Assembly: GCA_050230475.1 (NCBI GenBank)
Contig: JBFLGF010000212.1
Location: 1-57,057 of the forward strand
Reading direction: 5' to 3'
Length of the DNA stretch: 57,057 nt
Origin: Ancylonema sp.
Taxonomy: Eukaryota
Made by a program: the position numbers and the translations under genes. The notes under the pieces were generated by a model that did no database searches, was not told where the DNA came from, and saw only the letters and a program-made list of their open reading frames with translations. This document shows, in pieces, positions 53,073 to 57,057 of the stretch; position 1 is the stretch's first letter; each line of letters begins with the position of its first letter.

Positions 53073-56000
53073 ATGGGTAGTGTACTCACGAAAGACAATT
53101 ACACAGCATGGAGTAGCAAGATCAAAACAGTGCTACTCGTCAATCGAGTATGGGACCTGGTAACGGGCATACGAGTTCGTCCTGATCCAGCACCAGCAGC
53201 AATCGTCGTTGCCGGAGCGGCACACGCAAACCAGGCCGAGATCACAGCGGCAAACAAAAGAATAACTGAATTTGAAGACGTATACTTGAGAGAATCATGT
53301 CTCATTGCTGCATCCAATTCAGACACCGAGATACTGGCAGTCACAGATGCCCTTGAAGATCCAGTTGCGACATGGGCAGCGTTGAGCCGAAAATATGCAA
53401 GAAAGTCGAAAATGGAGGCTGAAGTCGCACACATGGCACTCCTCCAGTTTGAACACATTGAGACAGAGACTGCAAAAGAAACCATCACCAGATTCCAGGC
53501 GACGGTTCTAAAATGTCGACAGCAAAACGTGAAAACAGACGATGAACTTGTGGAACGAATGCTCCTGTCACGGCCCAACGAGCGGTATAGTTTTATAAAA
53601 AACAACTACCTACACTCCGCCGTCCAAGAAGACCTGGACCAGATCTCTTCTTCCCTGCGTGATGTCGACTTCAAATTTCAGAGAAAAGAAAAGACACCAT
53701 CAGCAGGATCTGCAGCATTCGCAGAACCAGTACGAGTGGAGGCCGAACGACAGAACGCAGCAGCTGCAGAAATCTTATGGGCACAGCATGGCAAGAACAC
53801 CTCAAGACCAACGGGAGGTCGACCTACCAACCCCTCCACAATATGCTACTGCTATACCGGCAAGGGCCACTATGCCAGAGATTGCAAACACTTCAAGTCT
53901 CCGTGCAAGTTCTGCAAGCGCACAGGCCACATGGAGATAGCTTGTCGACAGAAGAAATCACAAGAAGGTACTGGTGGAAGTGGAAGTGGAAGTGGAGAAG
54001 GTTTCTTTTATGGTGGATATTGTCACATGGCAGAGCTTCGGGAGTGTGATTCTCATCACAATTCTGTACAGCAGATGCCTGACATTCCCTCTACTATGAT
54101 TTTCGGAGAAGCTCTACTTGGTGAGTTGGAGCTGACTCCATCCATCGACAACACCACTAATGAGGCCATGGCTGCAAATGTTGTCGACAGATCGACAGAG
54201 TTCCTTGCAGACAGAGGAGCTTCACACCACATAACTCACAAGAGGGAGTTCTTCATGGATCTAACACCTCTATCTAGACCGTTCAACATTCGACAAGTGC
54301 AAGGCACAATCGCAGTGACGCATTTAGGAACAGTGATTCTGGAAGTCGATTCAAAGCATGGCAAAACAGCTCTTGGGCTTACAAATGTTCTTTTCATCGA
54401 GAGCATGCAGCTCAACAGTCTATCCCTGCAGCAGTTACTAGAAGCCGATTTCATTCCTGTCTTCAATGAAATTCCAAACAAGGTGGACATCAAGAAGGTT
54501 CTACCGCATGGTGACGTCGAGCAAGTGGCACTCCTATCACTATCTAAAGCTAGTCGTCTGACACTGGACTGCAGAATCTTCAGCTCTCCTCCTACCCTGC
54601 CGTATATGCAACAAGCAGAAGTGTTTGTCAACACTCTCTCTATGGATCTGCTCCATCGACGCCTAGGCCACAGTGGAGAAGCTTCCCTTCGACGTCTCCT
54701 GAAAGAAGACATGGCCACTGGCGTCAGTCCAGTATCTGGCAACATCACCCCGCGTGACCCGTGCAGATTGGGGAAACTCACCCGTCCTCCACATCCATCT
54801 GTCGACTTCAACCATGGCACGACTTATGCCCTCCAGCTGGTCGTCATGGACCTCGCAGGACCTGTCAAGCCTCGCAGCCTAGGAGGGGCATCATACTTTC
54901 TGGGCATCATGGATGTTTACACAAGGCACTCCTGGGTCTACGCCATCAAAAAGAAGTTTGACGCAGTAGCGCAAATCATGGAGTGGAAAGCAGTAGCAGA
55001 GGGCCGATCACACACAAAGCTTCTCACTCTGCGCACAGATAATGGGGAAGAATTTACCTCCACAGCGTTCAAGTCCACAATGGCCCTTCTTGGGGTTACG
55101 CTCCAGACGACTCCTCCTTACTCTCCTGAAAGGAACTATGTAGCAGAACGGTTAAATCGCACTGTGCAAGACAAAACCAGGACACTCATGGCTGCAACTT
55201 CTCTGCCAGGGTTCTTGTGGGCAGAAATTCTCTCTGCAACAAACATGTTGCGCAACATGACACCAGTCACCAACCTGGTGTGCACTCCATTCGAGATGTG
55301 GATAGGCAAGAAGCCAAATCTGTCGATGCTCCAGGTCATCGGGTGCAAGCTTTTTTGCCAGATTCCCAAAGCTGCAAGAGGTGGAAAGTTCAACCCGGTC
55401 TGTTACAAAGGCGTCCTGGTCAGCTACAGCCGCAGTAGCCCGGCTTACAGAGTGTGGGACTACGAGAGGCAAAAAGTCTACGATGTTGCTGCCCCCGCTT
55501 TCGACGAGGACGTCGACCCTGGCTGGTGGCGTGGCCCTGCAGCTGCATTAGCAAAAGATGAAGAGCCACTCCTCTTCCCTGGCATCTCTCCCTCCCCTGT
55601 GGAGGAGCCTGTCCCTGTGTCAGAGGTGGTCGACAGCTCCCCGGAGGAGGAGATCCATGCAGATACTGACTCTGTCCTGCCACTTGACGCTGCTCAAGCA
55701 CATCCAGCTCTTGCACCCGTGCCAACGCCTGCAGCTACGCCTGCAGCTACGCTTGCAGCTACGCCTGCACCGGCCATCCCTCTCCCTGCAACAGGACCAA
55801 GACGCAGCGTGCGAGAAAACAGGGGAGTGCCACATGCCAGGATGGCAGACATGCTGATGGTGGCAACACTCGAAACCTCCGACTCGGATCCAAAGACGTA
55901 CAAACAGGCCATGCGCTTACCTGATGCTGACACATGGTTGGAGGCTTGTGCAGCAGAGGTGGCCTCCCTGGTGGAAAACAAGGTCTTCGAGATCGTGGAC

Positions 56001-57057
56001 AGGCCTGCGTCCCACCGAGTCATCACCAGCAAGTGGGTGTTCAAGAAAAAGAGGGGACTCTCAGGCGAGGTCGAGAAGTACAAAGCCAGAATTGTGGCTA
56101 GGGGTTTCATGCAAGAGGAGGGCGTCGACTACACGGACACATATTCCCCAATTGTCCGGTTCAAGAGCATCCGGATGATGACAGCAGCAGCCGCTTCTGA
56201 AGGTCTACAAATGGAGCAGCTCGACGTGACAACAACATTTCTATATGCAACCCTAGAGAAGGAGGTCTACCTCGAAATCCCGGAGGGGATGTTTGCAGAG
56301 CCAATGCCTGGCAAGGTGCTCCGCCTCCTGAAGGCGCTCTACGGGCTCAAGCAGTCCCCAAGGATGTGGAAATTCCACATAGACAAGGCCCTCGGGGAAT
56401 TCGGCCTCCATCGCCTTCTGGCAGACTTCTGCGTCTACGCCATCTACGACGGGGCCAGTCGGGTGCTTCTGGGACTGTTCGTGGATGACATGTTCGTCAT
56501 AGGCAAAAAAATCAGTCTCATCAATGGTGTCAAAGAATTTCTGCGTAGTCGGTTGAAAATGAAGGATTTGGGTGCGGCCACATTCTTACTTGGCATGGAA
56601 ATTCGTCGCTTACTGGGAGGGGACATCAAGCTGCTGCAAGAGAAGTATCTGGGAGAGGTGTTGCAGCTGTTCCCTGTGGAAAACCCTCGATCTGCCAGCA
56701 CTCCGCTTCCTCCGGGCTGCAAGCTCAGCAACTTCGACTCTCCTGAAAATGCAGCAGACAAGGAGAAGATGGTTGTTATACCATACAAGAGTGCGATTGG
56801 TTCTCTCATGTACCTCGCAGTGTGCACCCGCCCTGACATTGCTGCAACAGTTTCAAGCCTGAGTCGCTTCAACGCGAACCTAGGGATGGCGCACTGGGAG
56901 GGAGTGCAATATGTTCTCCACTATCTCAAGGGGACGAGTGGCGAGGGCATCTGCTACAAGAGGGGAGAGTCCACATCACTCTGGGGTTATTGTGATGCCA
57001 GCCATCTTACCTGCCCTGACACAGGTCGCTCCCGAGGCGGTTACGTGTTCCTGTCCG
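53073..57057 (+). CDS. Copia gag-pol polyprotein; partial, frame open to window end
   Basis: LTKDNYTAWSSKIK; knuckles CYCYTGKGHYARDC and CKFCKRTGHMEIAC; protease FLADRGASHH; integrase LHRRLGH, MDLAGP, RTDNGEEF, AERLNRT; RT YKARIVARGF, LYGLKQSPR, FVDD; RNase H GYCDAS. Spot-checked motifs share the frame of ATG 53073, and the ORF track lists no terminated ORF in this frame. Confidence 0.9.
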   Translation, partial: MGSVLTKDNYTAWSSKIKTVLLVNRVWDLVTGIRVRPDPAPAAIVVAGAAHANQAEITAANKRITEFEDVYLRESCLIAASNSDTEILAVTDALEDPVATWAALSRKYARKSKMEAEVAHMALLQFEHIETETAKETITRFQATVLKCRQQNVKTDDELVERMLLSRPNERYSFIKNNYLHSAVQEDLDQISSSLRDVDFKFQRKEKTPSAGSAAFAEPVRVEAERQNAAAAEILWAQHGKNTSRPTGGRPTNPSTICYCYTGKGHYARDCKHFKSPCKFCKRTGHMEIACRQKKSQEGTGGSGSGSGEGFFYGGYCHMAELRECDSHHNSVQQMPDIPSTMIFGEALLGELELTPSIDNTTNEAMAANVVDRSTEFLADRGASHHITHKREFFMDLTPLSRPFNIRQVQGTIAVTHLGTVILEVDSKHGKTALGLTNVLFIESMQLNSLSLQQLLEADFIPVFNEIPNKVDIKKVLPHGDVEQVALLSLSKASRLTLDCRIFSSPPTLPYMQQAEVFVNTLSMDLLHRRLGHSGEASLRRLLKEDMATGVSPVSGNITPRDPCRLGKLTRPPHPSVDFNHGTTYALQLVVMDLAGPVKPRSLGGASYFLGIMDVYTRHSWVYAIKKKFDAVAQIMEWKAVAEGRSHTKLLTLRTDNGEEFTSTAFKSTMALLGVTLQTTPPYSPERNYVAERLNRTVQDKTRTLMAATSLPGFLWAEILSATNMLRNMTPVTNLVCTPFEMWIGKKPNLSMLQVIGCKLFCQIPKAARGGKFNPVCYKGVLVSYSRSSPAYRVWDYERQKVYDVAAPAFDEDVDPGWWRGPAAALAKDEEPLLFPGISPSPVEEPVPVSEVVDSSPEEEIHADTDSVLPLDAAQAHPALAPVPTPAATPAATLAATPAPAIPLPATGPRRSVRENRGVPHARMADMLMVATLETSDSDPKTYKQAMRLPDADTWLEACAAEVASLVENKVFEIVDRPASHRVITSKWVFKKKRGLSGEVEKYKARIVARGFMQEEGVDYTDTYSPIVRFKSIRMMTAAAASEGLQMEQLDVTTTFLYATLEKEVYLEIPEGMFAEPMPGKVLRLLKALYGLKQSPRMWKFHIDKALGEFGLHRLLADFCVYAIYDGASRVLLGLFVDDMFVIGKKISLINGVKEFLRSRLKMKDLGAATFLLGMEIRRLLGGDIKLLQEKYLGEVLQLFPVENPRSASTPLPPGCKLSNFDSPENAADKEKMVVIPYKSAIGSLMYLAVCTRPDIAATVSSLSRFNANLGMAHWEGVQYVLHYLKGTSGEGICYKRGESTSLWGYCDASHLTCPDTGRSRGGYVFLS
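55728..55770 (+). repeat. 12-bp tandem repeat encoding PAAT in the integrase-RT linker
   Basis: CCTGCAGCTACG x3.5 with one C to T change. Confidence 0.85.

Larger units (their letters stand above)
52662..57057 (+). mobile_element. Ty1/Copia LTR retrotransposon; runs off the window
   Basis: 5' LTR, PBS and domain order gag-PR-IN-RT-RNase H. Confidence 0.95.

Noticed and set aside
53099..56872. Many alternative-frame and antisense ORFs over the Copia element
   Set aside because: Shadows of the gag-pol frame.

Overview
Gene-dense, intron-rich nuclear DNA from a green plant lineage (streptophyte-like; species not determinable). Genes reconstructed by eye from exons and protein motifs: 3' end of a probable 2H-phosphoesterase, UBP27-type ubiquitin protease (+), SWC2/YL1 (-), meiotic PARTING DANCERS/PTD (+), an unusually long BORCS8 (-), plastid octanoyltransferase LIP2p (+), pirin (+), RNA polymerase I subunit RPA43 (-), RPS13 (+), eIF3j (+) and synaptonemal ZYP1 (-). 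Four tandem duplications (periods about 4.5, 1.6, 1.4 and 2.05 kb; three joined by a single N) are most likely uncollapsed haplotypes or scaffolding artefacts. One of them switches sharply from strongly diverged to identical sequence. Mobile DNA: a CRE/R2-like non-LTR endonuclease relic split by a 499-bp insertion with a 9-bp target duplication, and a Copia element (5' LTR, tRNA-iMet PBS, gag-pol open to the window end) nested in an older deleted LTR element. Family assignments rest on remembered sequences, not searches. I found no clearly new biological system; the best leads are the haplotype mosaic, the BORCS8 expansion, the PTD/ZYP1 pair and the nested insertions.
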